Positions 1 to 10,659 of a stretch of DNA of 64,000 bases are shown piece after piece. Below the pieces are notes generated by a model. The model was not told where the DNA came from. It saw only the letters and a program-made list of their open reading frames with translations, and made no database searches. Within the stretch, counting starts at the first letter, position 1. Every line of letters begins with the position of its first letter. Position numbers and translations under genes: made by a program. The DNA comes from Entomortierella parvispora E1425 (lineage: Eukaryota > Fungi > Mortierellomycota): NCBI GenBank assembly GCA_020891255.1, contig BQFW01000006.1, positions 1,488,001 to 1,552,000 on the forward strand. Direction: 5' to 3'.

Positions 1-2014
1 CTGACTGAAAGCAGGCCATAGATATACTTGCTCTTCTGTTGTTTCCTTTAAAATAAATCTTTGGTCATCAAAGAAAAAGTTTTAAGTGCTCACTCATTCA
101 CTCATTCGTTCCCGCTTTTTCAAGAATATAGTGGCGCGTTGGATATTACAAGTCTTCTCGGGATCCGGTGGAGCCTCTGCAGCTCAACCGTCGAAACAGC
201 AACCACTGTCATCAATAGGGTATCGCGGCTCCAACACGGCGTGGCCAGGGTGTTGGATCGAGGATACGCGGGGTTCAAAAATCGCAGAGTGCCCTCTGGG
301 AATGGGATTCATTCTTGACTTTCATTCAACATTACCATTGAGAGGCTTCAACATAGTACTACTTCAACACTTTTCTCCAAGCAGCTTTGTTTTCAACAGA
401 CCAACACCTACTGAGACTTTGTGGCACGCACCTAGAGGAACAACTCCCTGCAGGAACAACAACCATGAGGAACACCACCTTTAGCCCATCACACACCTCG
501 CAAAAAGTCCCTTCGACAACTGTCAGCAAGAAAGTAGTCCCACTCAAAATCAGGAACGAGCAACGCGTCCAACGTCCATTCATCCATCAGACCCTGAGGA
601 ACAAGTGCTCGCGTTCCACTCCTACGAATCCAGGAACAGACACCGCAGGAATATCCGTTCTTCGTTTGCACGATGCCCTGCTCCTGGACAAGTCGAGAAC
701 CATTGATGCCTGGTAACAAGAGCGCTTGTTCACTCGCACACTCTCTGTCTTTCTTTTTTCTCTTTCCCTTTCTCTCTCCCTCTCTTATTCTCCATGGACG
801 GCCTCGATTCTTCGTCAGGAATTCGTCGACATTGATGGCCTCAAAGATTCTTGTGTGCAAATGAGGAGTGACGATCGACTTTAATTCTTTTGACTAACCT
901 GCCCCTCTGACATTCTTCCTTCCGTTCATCCCCCCGGTGCAACATTCTCGTTGTCTCATGTTCCCCCTGATCCCCGCAGGAGGACATTTTAGGAAAGAAC
1001 GTGGAAGGGGTCTGTCCGTTCCCGCCGTTCATTTAACATCCGAGACTAGAGGAGCGGGTAAGAAAAATAACTCAATTGAAGACAACTTTCGAGCGTGTGA
1101 CGCCACCGCGTTCGGGCCATGCGGAGGATAGAGCTATACCTTCATGAGGTACCTGAACCAACCGCCACACGTTCCTGAGTTACTGATCAGTCATTGTGTC
1201 CACTCTATCATCTTCGTAGTGAAAGCCCAGGCTTTCGGTCAGACAGCAATAATAGAATGCAATTGCCACTAGCGGCAATCAAAGAGCAAAGGTGCGAGGA
1301 CTTCAGCCAGAATGAAAAAAAAAAAAAAAAAGGCAATATTAAAGGGGAGGGGACGAGGGCGAGGGAGAGGGAGAGAAGGCAGGAAATGAATGGACTTCAA
1401 TTCTAATGAAAGGCGGTCAAGGCGCAGACAACAAAAAGTGTGTCCATTGGGCCCTTAACCAGGGTTGTGTGCCTGGCAAAAGACAGAAAAGAGAGATAAA
1501 AAAAAAAGAGAGCACAGAAATTAATTTTGAGAAAACTCCCGTCGATTCTTTCAATTTTGGGTGCAGGCCACGATATGCAAATACCCCTGAAACGCTTTCC
1601 TCTTTGGCGTTGGGCATCAATGGTTAATTCTTGGTTCTCCAACTACTCGGAAGCAAAAGGATCATTATAAATAACTTATCAACTTATCGACTCAATTTAT
1701 TTCTTCATATCTCCTGCCATTTCATAGCAATGGGGCAGTGGGGCAGTGGTGGTGGAGGTGTTGGGGGAGGAGAGATCTCTCCTCGGGGCTGTCTTGTGAG
1801 GCAAGATCAGAGCTGTTTCTATTATCTTATGAGTACTGAGTGTGAGTCGAAGAGTTTGGCTCATAAAAAGGCAAGCAGATATCCTTCGAGCGGCATTGGT
1901 CTTGGTGGAAGGTCGTGGTTTGTGGAGAAAGAGAGCACAGAAATGGAGGGCGTTGCTGATCGGTCACACACATCCTCTCCGTCCAGCGGAAAATAGGGTG
2001 ACGGCCCTAGTCTC

Positions 2015-2416
2015 TCACAAAAAATCGATTTCAACGGCGTCCTCAGTCTCGTCGGCATCCTCTTCTTCGTCGGCCTCTTGAGACTCGTTGGCGCCCTCGG
2101 CCTTGATGGCACCCTCGGGTCCGTCATTCTCCTCCGGGTCGTATGGATCCAGATCGTTGTTCGGATCTCCGAGATCGTCGTACTCTTGGTTTGGTAAATT
2201 GTTCTCAGGGTACATATTATCGGGAGGAAGAGCTGGTTGAGGTGGATAATGCACAAATGCATGAATATGCAGTGGGTACATAGGCAAGGGAAGGAGTGGC
2301 GGAAGTGGAATTGCCACTGGTGGAGGAGCTTGCCAGTGGATGTCATCATAAGGAACTAGGAACTCGGGGTTGTTGGGCAGAGGCGGTCGAGGGGTGGATG
2401 GATACTTTCGAGGCAT
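2015..2416 (-). CDS. Small Pro-rich/acidic orphan protein (133 aa), possible divergent member of the KFP..FLVP microprotein family
   Basis: ATG ORF MPRKYPSTPRPPLPNNPEFLVPYDD... with an Asp/Glu-rich C-terminus; TATATA-like element about 20 nt upstream; N-terminal RKYPS..FLVP resembles ORFs 4393 and 28148. Confidence 0.45.
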   Translation of the reverse strand: MPRKYPSTPRPPLPNNPEFLVPYDDIHWQAPPPVAIPLPPLLPLPMYPLHIHAFVHYPPQPALPPDNMYPENNLPNQEYDDLGDPNNDLDPYDPEENDGPEGAIKAEGANESQEADEEEDADETEDAVEIDFL

Positions 2417-4316
2417 TCAGAATGCGGCTGCGGTATATAAGTGTGGAGTTGGAGAGGGAGTTGTGTTGTCTGGTCTGGAGGAAACAAAAAAAAAAAAAAG
2501 ACGCAGAGAACGCCGCTATGCTTTTATATCATTTTCAAGGAAGACGCATTGGGCGGGCTGGATGTCCAATTGGAAAACAAAGAACAAATGTCATTTAGAA
2601 ATTAAAATAGTGGTGGATGACATCGTTGTGCCCATCTATATCGTTTTCTTTTCTCCACAGCCTTTGCTTTGTGTTCTTGAAAGAACGCTATGCAACCCAA
2701 ACACTTGCATCATCTTGTCAGGCCGTGTAACGCCCTGGTGTTGTGCTGTTTGGGGGAACGACATTCCTCTTCCCCTGTCCTGTTTCAAATGAAATCGAGG
2801 GCTTCTCAGCTGTCTACCTTTTGACCACACCTTTGACTTACGATGTTAGTTGGGGGCGTAGTTCTTGCCAGACTCTTCCACTTTCTTCCCCCTCCTGCTG
2901 ATGCAACCCTTTTCGTCTTTTGCTCATCATCAATTCAAAGAGGTTTAAAAAATAACCACAGACTCTGGGGAAATGAAGCCCTGATTAAGTTTAGAACAAC
3001 GTGGCCACATGGTCCTGCCCAGAGCCACGCAAAATCCTTCTTTTCACACGTCAACAGATGCCCAAAAGAACCAATGGAAAGCTGGAAAGCACCTTGCTTT
3101 GCCACAGCTGACAAAGAAAGAAAACAGCGACTCGCATCGTTTTACCCGAAGAAAAAAAAAATGCCGAATGTTATGAGCCCTCCCTGTTTTCAGGAAAGAG
3201 AGATTCACGCCCTCGAGTGAGAAAGGGTCCAATTGATCAACTGACCTGAAGGTAATACAAAGCCATTGAGCGAGAACATTGTGCTAGGTAATCAATCAAA
3301 CATAGCAATAAATAAGACCACTATAGGTCAACGGGGTATCCACGAGCACTAAGAGAATCAACCGACATGACACCGGTTCCTTTTTTCAGATCTTGGAAGC
3401 TCGATACAGACGCGAATGGGACGCGTCCTGCATTTGATCCAGTAACCGCCCGAATACCAATCGTGGAATATGTCGACTTCAGTCTGATTGGACTCCCCCT
3501 TTTTCTTGCGAGTCGGGACCTGTCTTTGGAGCGGAGGAATGAGCGATGAGATGCATGTTCAGAGTCCATGTGATGGATCAGATCAACATGCGGATCCAAC
3601 TTCGCCATTCCTGCATTGCTCTCATTTTATTTTCTTGGACCAGAGCCAAAAAGCCGCGCAGCATGCGGCTCTGATGCAGAAACATGACTTTCATTTAGTG
3701 TTGAGTCGTTATCAGGCATCGGCAATTTTTTTGTGCTCTTTCGCCCTGTGGTCCTGTGGTGATGTGGACTGGGTTGACTGCAAGGCAGAGTTCTTGTTCG
3801 CAATTTTGTTCTTTTTTTTCTTTTGAATCATTCCATTCAGTCTCCTTACTCTCACCTCATTCAGCCGTGGCATATTATATGCCGTTCAGGCGGGGATCGA
3901 AGAATGGGCAATGGGCAATCTTGTCATGGGTCCATTGGGACGAGAGGGAGGTTATGTGCAAGGGTGCGTCACCTCCATACCCTTACACTGCATTGTAATG
4001 CAAGGGTAAGGCACAGAACATGGTGCCAGACTATGCATAGATTCCCTCCTCTCTCCTTGTGGTTCCACACACACACCCACAAAGGCAACACTCGCGACAA
4101 GGAGTCTTGTCCTTCTTCGGTCCGCCCTCTGGATCATCCGAGACAAGACGACTTTGCCTTATAGCGATGCTATCGTCAAGAGAGCAATCCGCGCTTTGAT
4201 TCCCCAACAGGTCAGAAGGTCAGAACAGGGACAAAAAATGGCCAGGTAAGAGCGCACTCGTACCGTGGAATGGAGAGAAAGAACACTAAAGAGTGATTGA
4301 ATTGACCGAAAGCGAC

Positions 4317-4324
4317 TATATAAA
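4317..4324 (+). promoter_or_regulatory. TATA box of the 4393 microprotein gene
   Basis: TATATAAA followed by a pyrimidine-rich leader and caacaATG at 4393. Confidence 0.6.
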
Positions 4325-4392
4325 GCTTCCCTTTCCTTTAAGGCCCAAGTCTTTTTTTTTTTTTTTTTTTTTGCCACTCAATCATTTCAACA

Positions 4393-4617
4393 ATGACCCA
4401 AAAGTTTCCAGAGTCCAACCACGACCAAGATGTTGCTCCAACTTTACAACCACGATCCTTGTTCCTGGTCCCACTCGACCAAGAAGCAGATGAGGCCCCG
4501 GTCTACCTGGCGGTCCCTCTCGCTGTCATTGAGCACCCTGTTGTGGTGATCGCGAATAACGAACACAACCAAGTCCCCGATGCCCACGATGACGGCCAGG
4601 AGGGTGGGCAGCACTGA
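4393..4617 (+). CDS. 74-aa acidic microprotein (QKFPxSN...LFLVP family)
   Basis: TATA box, good start context, clear N-terminal homology to ORF 28148..28363. Confidence 0.65.
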   Translation: MTQKFPESNHDQDVAPTLQPRSLFLVPLDQEADEAPVYLAVPLAVIEHPVVVIANNEHNQVPDAHDDGQEGGQH

Positions 4618-5276
4618 GAGTGAACCTCAACGCGCCATTCAATTGAAGTCAATTCATTGACTTGCACAAGTAAACGATCAAGGAGCAATGAACGCCCAAC
4701 CGGTTCCCGATCCATACCAATACGGGCTCATGGTTCCTACACTCTCCCCTGGGTTTTTTCCCCTGGTCTTGCCCACCCTTTTTTTGTTTTAATTTAGCAC
4801 CACATCGCCATGTGCGCGCGCGGCGGCGGCACACGTTTTTTTATAACTTTCATCTCTCTTTCCCCCCTTTATTTATTGAGTTTGTTACGTCAGAAAATGA
4901 GGCCCAAGAGTAGTCAATAATAACAATAACAAAAGCAGCAAGCAATGAATATTCTTCTTTTATGCAGAGCTTGGTCCCAGTTAGGGTGGTGTGAACGGGA
5001 CAAAAAAAAAAGAAAAAAAGAAGAAAAGAAAACGAAAAAAGAAAAGGAAAGGGAAAAGGAAAAAGGAAAAGGAAAAGGAAAGGAGTCCTGTAGAAGGGGC
5101 GTGTGGTTTGAGAGAAAAAAGAGGGGGATGAAGGGCAACCCCAAGTCCAATCCTGTGTCGCTGCCGGCCCAGTTACTCATTCGTTTTGTCCTGCATTGTG
5201 CATGGCTCTAACTCTCCTTTGTTTATTAGTTGTGCTATATGTTGTTGTTTTTTTTCCTTTTTTTTTTCTTTTCTCT

Positions 5277-6857
5277 TCAGGACTTCATTTCAGACAGGGC
5301 AGACTCGAAACCTTTAATGCGGTTTTTGGTCCAGACAAGACGGTCGGCCCATTCCTTCTTGATCTCCTCTGCCTCCGCCTTCTCTTGCAGGAGCAGGGAC
5401 AACTGGTTACCCAGATCAGAGTGCTCCCGTTCCAAATGCTTGATCCAGAGCTCCCCTACGTCGTCCACTCCCTGTTGTTGCTGTCGATGCTGATGTTGTT
5501 GCTGTTGTTGATGCTTTTGTGATATTAGTGACAGTGAATGGGGACGGGCGTGTGAGTGTGGTTGTTGGGTCTGTGCATCATCTTCTACTGTTTCTGTTTC
5601 TTCGACTTTGACCTTCACCCTTTTGCTGTGTTCCTGGTGCTGGGCTGTAGTCGGGGAATCGTGGTAACAGTTCAAACACGAAAAGAGTTCGTTCTCTTCC
5701 TCGCACAACTCGGCCATCGAGACCGAGGACAGGGACGATCGAGGCGAGGACGCCGTCGAGACCGAGCTGGAGCTTGAATACGTCAAGGAATGACGATGGG
5801 GATCCGACTGCATCTCCTGTCCTGAGGCACAGGGCACGGTCTTGATGGTTGTTGCTGTTGCTGTTGTTGCTGTTGTGTTTGCACTCGTTGTCATTGTGCG
5901 AGCGAGTTCGGGACTTGTGCAACATTCGTCCTCACACGTGACCACAGAGCGGTGCGCTTTGTCCTCTATCTGGTGGTCTTTTTGTTCCTGTTGTTGCTGC
6001 TGCTGCTCCAAAGCACGCACCAAGGTCTGCTTGGCCGCGGCGACTTGGGAATGAGTGGACAGGACCCAGAACTGATACTGCTGTGTGATCGATCGCGCCA
6101 CAGAGTAGTCGGCTTGCATCCCGTCCAAGACTTTACGGGCTTGCAAAAGGTCATGCTCCAGTCGGCATTGATTCCGTTCCTTCTCCCTCGCCCGAGGTTT
6201 CTGGGACGGGGAAGAAGGATGCCAAACAACGTCGCCTCTGTTCCTTTCGTGGCCTCGTTCCTGCCCCTTTTCAGGAGAGTTCTCCTCCTGCTGCTGCTCA
6301 TCATCGTCGTCGTCGTCCATGTCATCTTGTTCTTGTTCTTCCTGCTCTTGTTCTTCTCGGACCTGTTGACGACGCTGCCGTAGTGATTCAAGGTCCCGCT
6401 GGATTTTGGAAAGGTCTTCCAAGGCCATGGGGGGCGAGTGGGTGTTATTGAGGGCGGACGAGATGGTGGCAGTGAGGGAGGAAAGACTACTGGTGCTGTC
6501 GGTCCTGCTGCGCGTGAATTCCACGAGACTGCTGGGGTGCAGATGACCTTGTGAGGAGTAAGAATAGACCATGGCGGTCGATGAGGGCGGGGTAGTGGCT
6601 GTGGCGGCAGCGGCGGCGTGGGTCATGGTGGTGGTCGTGGCAGCCGTTGCTGTTCTCGCCATGGCAGTGGCTGTGGCCGTTACCGGCAATGTGGGTATTA
6701 TTTTCGTCGGGATTGCTGTGGCCACGGCGGCCCTTGTTGCTGTGGGATGGCTTTGGTTTTCTAAAGCCCTTGTGGGTTGAAAGCGGGAAGTGGCGGTAGT
6801 AGTGGTAATGGCTGCGGGCTGAGTACCGCGCTGTTGAATTGGGTTTGGGATGTTCAT
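5277..6857 (-). CDS. Hypothetical low-complexity coiled-coil protein (526 aa, single exon)
   Basis: Long ATG-initiated ORF with T/A/Q/S tracts and three heptad-like segments; TATA-like ATATAAAAA at about 7380-7372 and a probable 5'-UTR intron (GTAAGT near 7261). Confidence 0.8.
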   Translation of the reverse strand: MNIPNPIQQRGTQPAAITTTTATSRFQPTRALENQSHPTATRAAVATAIPTKIIPTLPVTATATAMARTATAATTTTMTHAAAAATATTPPSSTAMVYSYSSQGHLHPSSLVEFTRSRTDSTSSLSSLTATISSALNNTHSPPMALEDLSKIQRDLESLRQRRQQVREEQEQEEQEQDDMDDDDDDEQQQEENSPEKGQERGHERNRGDVVWHPSSPSQKPRAREKERNQCRLEHDLLQARKVLDGMQADYSVARSITQQYQFWVLSTHSQVAAAKQTLVRALEQQQQQQEQKDHQIEDKAHRSVVTCEDECCTSPELARTMTTSANTTATTATATTIKTVPCASGQEMQSDPHRHSLTYSSSSSVSTASSPRSSLSSVSMAELCEEENELFSCLNCYHDSPTTAQHQEHSKRVKVKVEETETVEDDAQTQQPHSHARPHSLSLISQKHQQQQQHQHRQQQQGVDDVGELWIKHLEREHSDLGNQLSLLLQEKAEAEEIKKEWADRLVWTKNRIKGFESALSEMKS

Positions 6858-7967
6858 TTTTTCAATGTAAAGCGTGGGGCAATCAGGACAGAGTGGAAAT
6901 GAAAAAAAAGGGGAGGAAAGGGGGGGGGGGGGGAAGGGATTGAAGGTGAAAAAGATAAAGAAGTTGCTGAGTTGTTGTTTGTTCTTCGGATGGGGTGTTG
7001 CAACAGGAGAGAAAACCTATTCGTTCATAAAAGTTGAGGATGGATTGTCGCAGAAGCGAAACGTTAGAGACAAAGGAGGTTAGGGGGGATGGAGAAGAGG
7101 AGGTGGGATTAAGTCAGCGTTTCTTTGTCTCTGTTTTGGCCCGTGCTCATGAAGCGCCTTGTTCTTTCATCTCTTCTAACGTGCCTTGGAATGTGCGTGA
7201 GAGAACGACGACGAAGGAGGAGAGAGACAAAGAGGGAGGAGTTAGGTAATCGAAGCACTTACTTTTAGGTAGGGTGGAAAAGAAGCCGTATGGGGGGGGA
7301 CAACGAAGAAGAAAAGAAATAAAGAGGAAGAAGGAAGAAAAAAAAACGTCCTCGCTTGTGCCACGTCCACCTTTTTATATCGACCCCCCTACCGCTCGCC
7401 CTGCCCCCCTTCCACTTGGACCAAAAGACAAATGCACGCACATCGTGCGCCTTTGAACATTCATGCAACCGAATATTTTACTTTTGTGTCAGTTGAGTTG
7501 AGAGAGCAGCCAACAACAGAGGGCTTTGCCCACTTTCATTCTCTTGTGTTCATGTACATGTACTGCACCTCTGTGCGCGCTTCTTGCCTTGGCCAGTCCC
7601 TTTTTTTTTTCGTTCATTCTCCCTGTTGGAGGAAAGGGAGTAGGGATCGTTGAAGTAATTGTTTGTTGCGCTACCCTTTTCTTTGCTTCCTTTTTTTTTT
7701 TTTTTTTTTTTGTACAATGGTGGTTGCCACGTTCGGAACTGTTCTATCGATACAGTTGAGTGGACACGAGAAGAGAATCGGTACCGAATGAGCATGCAGG
7801 GGGGGAAGGACCATGAGCAAATGAGAGCCAAAATGGGTCAGTTCTTTTTTTCCTTTGTTTCCTCTGCGCTCAGCAATCAGACATGCAAACAAGGTAGGTA
7901 AACAATGGTGCATCTATTCAATTGAGATCCAGGTACTCCCCTTCCCCTACTAAAAGGATACGATTTT

Positions 7968-10289
7968 CTAATAAATAACCGTCAACTCCACCACCACTAC
8001 TGACAATGCTACAAAGATGACCACAGGCATCACCCCCATATTCCACTTGAAGAAGTTCCAGAATCCGACCTCGCTCTTTTTGCTTCTCAGGACAGAGTCC
8101 CACATCAGACCTGCTAACGAGCTAATCAAGGTCGTGCATGCGCCCAGATTACTGCCAACGACTAGTCCAAACAGACAACCCTTCACTACCTCTGGGGTCG
8201 CAAGGGGTGATTCAACAAAATCGGGATGTTGCAGGATCCGAGCTACCAAGATTGTCATGGGGACATTGTTGAAAAGGTTGCAAAGCAACACTGACACGAG
8301 CCCGACAGCGTATGTCGCTGCAATGTAGTTTGGAACTAGTTTCGTGGCCCAACCTGCAAAGATGGAGATCCAACCAGAGTCCGAGAGCCCCTCGACCATG
8401 ATAAACATGCTGAAGGTAAAGGGTAAGATGGCCCAGGGCATCCGGATCGCGATCGCGTGCAACAGCGGCATCTTGCGCTCAAACGCCATCATCCACGGGT
8501 TCCTGTGTTCTTGTGTTCTTTGCAATGAGGTCAAAGGTGGCGTGACAGAGTCGGGCACAATGGAGGGATTGGAGGCAAGAGACATTGCATCGCTGGTCTC
8601 AGTGTTGGTGGTAACAACATGGGTGGTGGCGATTGTTGTGGCTGGGGTAAGAGGTGAAAGCGGCGTTGAGGGAGCGTTGGAGGGGAGGATACTCTCCTTC
8701 TCTCCTGCATTGAGAGAGACTGACCCGGCGGCAATGTTGTCCAATGCGTCTTGCGATGTGTGCGGCTTTGTCCTTGGCTCGTTATCAAAGAGAGTGATCG
8801 GTCGGATAATATTGACCTCAGGAACAGCGACTTCCGGCAAGGGCAGCCCCTGCTCTATCCGTCCAACCTCCCCTCCTTTGCCGTAAAAATCCACCGCAGC
8901 CTCCTTTTCCATCCTTACCTCCTCTTCTTTCTCTTCCTCTGTCTGCAAGGTGTGGTCGAAAGATGCGCTTTGGTCTTTTAGACTGATCGATCTCGACCCT
9001 TTGTATAGACCTCGAGCGTCGTACCAAATATCTCTTGCCAACATGATCAGCGCAAAGGGGCCAGTGACGATCCAGACAGAAACATGCACAAATGAAGTCC
9101 CGATCAGACACAGCAGGGAGAGAGCCAAGATGGACATCCCAAAGATAGCCCCGCACGGATCCAGGAGACAAGATCGAGGGTCGATATCCGGGATCTTGAG
9201 CAGCTTTGGGATGTACTTTTCATGTCGAAAGTTGATTCGGAGCATCAGGTAACAGGCAGCGACCGAGAACAGACAAGGCAGGATCATCCAGGCACTGTAT
9301 TCCAGAAATGAGACCTTGTAGGCTTGGCAGGCCACCACGTTGGTCAAGTTGCCGATGTAAAGCGCCATGGATGCTAATAGAGTTTGTTTTCAAGGTCAGA
9401 GCTTGGAGTCGAGAATCCTCTTGTTCAGACTGTTCAGACTGGACCTTTGTCTTTCAAGAACGATACAATGACATCCTTGCACCGATGCTGTTCACTTACC
9501 AATGTTGGCGGTTTGGATCTCGGCCATCAGGAAGGCGATGGGCGTCACCAGCTCGACCGCATGGGAGAAATACACCAGGAACGGGGTCATGGTCAACACC
9601 ACCACATCGTTCCCAGCCAGGCCACTCATGAGCGTCGACAGCAAGAAGAACGACAGGAACACTCTCTGGCCCCCTCCCCCGCCTCGTCTCGAGATCCAAA
9701 AGGCCGCGAACTGAAAGACGCCGGTCATGTCCAGACTGATGCAGATGTAGGCAAGAGAAAAGAAGAGGATCATCACCGCGTAAGGTTCGACGCCAGAGCC
9801 TGGTACGCCCACGATCCCGTCCTTGATGCTCTCACCGTCAATAGACTTTGTCGCAAGAAGAAAGAGAACCCCAAAGACCGGTGCCGAGGCAATCCCCAGG
9901 GTCAAGTGGCGCCTCTGCCTCTGCCTCTGCTGCTGTTGCTGCTGTGGATGCTGTTGCAGAGTCGGGAGAGGCGTAATTGGATCATCCGACCCTGTGTAAA
10001 CCTGTTGCGGATCGGTGTGGTCGTTGTGGTCGTTGTGGTCGTTGTGGTCGTTGGGCTTGGACACAAGGTCTGCCGAAGGGATCGCCGTGTCTGTTGCATC
10101 CGAGGGCGGGGCTGCAGGGGTCGGGGGAGCGGAAAAAGACGACGAGGACTGCTTTTCCGTGCACATGGTCTGCACATGGGGCAGCGGGATGCGGATGGGT
10201 CGGATCACCAGCGCAATCACCACCATGAAGGTCACTACCACCAGCCAGCTGTGCCAGTCCAGGTCGTGGTTGACGTTGATGCGCGACAT
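7968..10289 (-). CDS. ArsB/NhaD (IT superfamily) arsenite/anion permease, 2 exons (10289-9500, 9373-7968), about 731 aa
   Basis: Spliced junction gives ANIASMALYIGNLTNVV; also SGLAGNDVVVLTMTP, NLFNNVPMT and GSNLGACTTLISSLAGLMW motifs, many TM helices; GT..AG intron 9499-9374; TATAAAA at 10389-10383. Confidence 0.9.
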
Positions 10290-10659
10290 CGCAGGAGAGA
10301 GAGAAGGAGAAGAGAAGAGCAGACAAATGAGGAGGAAGAAAGTCACATGCAGGCAGAAGATCGAATGGACGTGGCACCTCTCTTTTATACGGCATCTTCA
10401 AGGATGACATTTCATGGATGTGCTTGGGCCACATGGGTTCTCTTGCTCATCCTCCTTCTGGGCCTTCTTGCTGTGTGGCCTAGGTACATGTAATATTGAC
10501 GTTTTCTTTCTTTCTTTCTTTCTTTTTTTTCCATTCCGAGATAACCTAGAAGGTTGCAGAACAATTATTCCTCTTTGGGTTTAGCAACACCTATCGACGC
10601 CAAGACTTGGTGCACGAGCATCGATCTGAAGAGGTCTTTATGGAGTAGACTGCTAAAAG

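Noticed and set aside
1-1130. Overlapping 60-130 aa ORFs on both strands
   Set aside because: No recognisable motif, consistent frame or splice structure; at most an unidentifiable decayed sequence
9384-10493. 369-aa plus-strand ORF
   Set aside because: Antisense shadow of the permease exon 1
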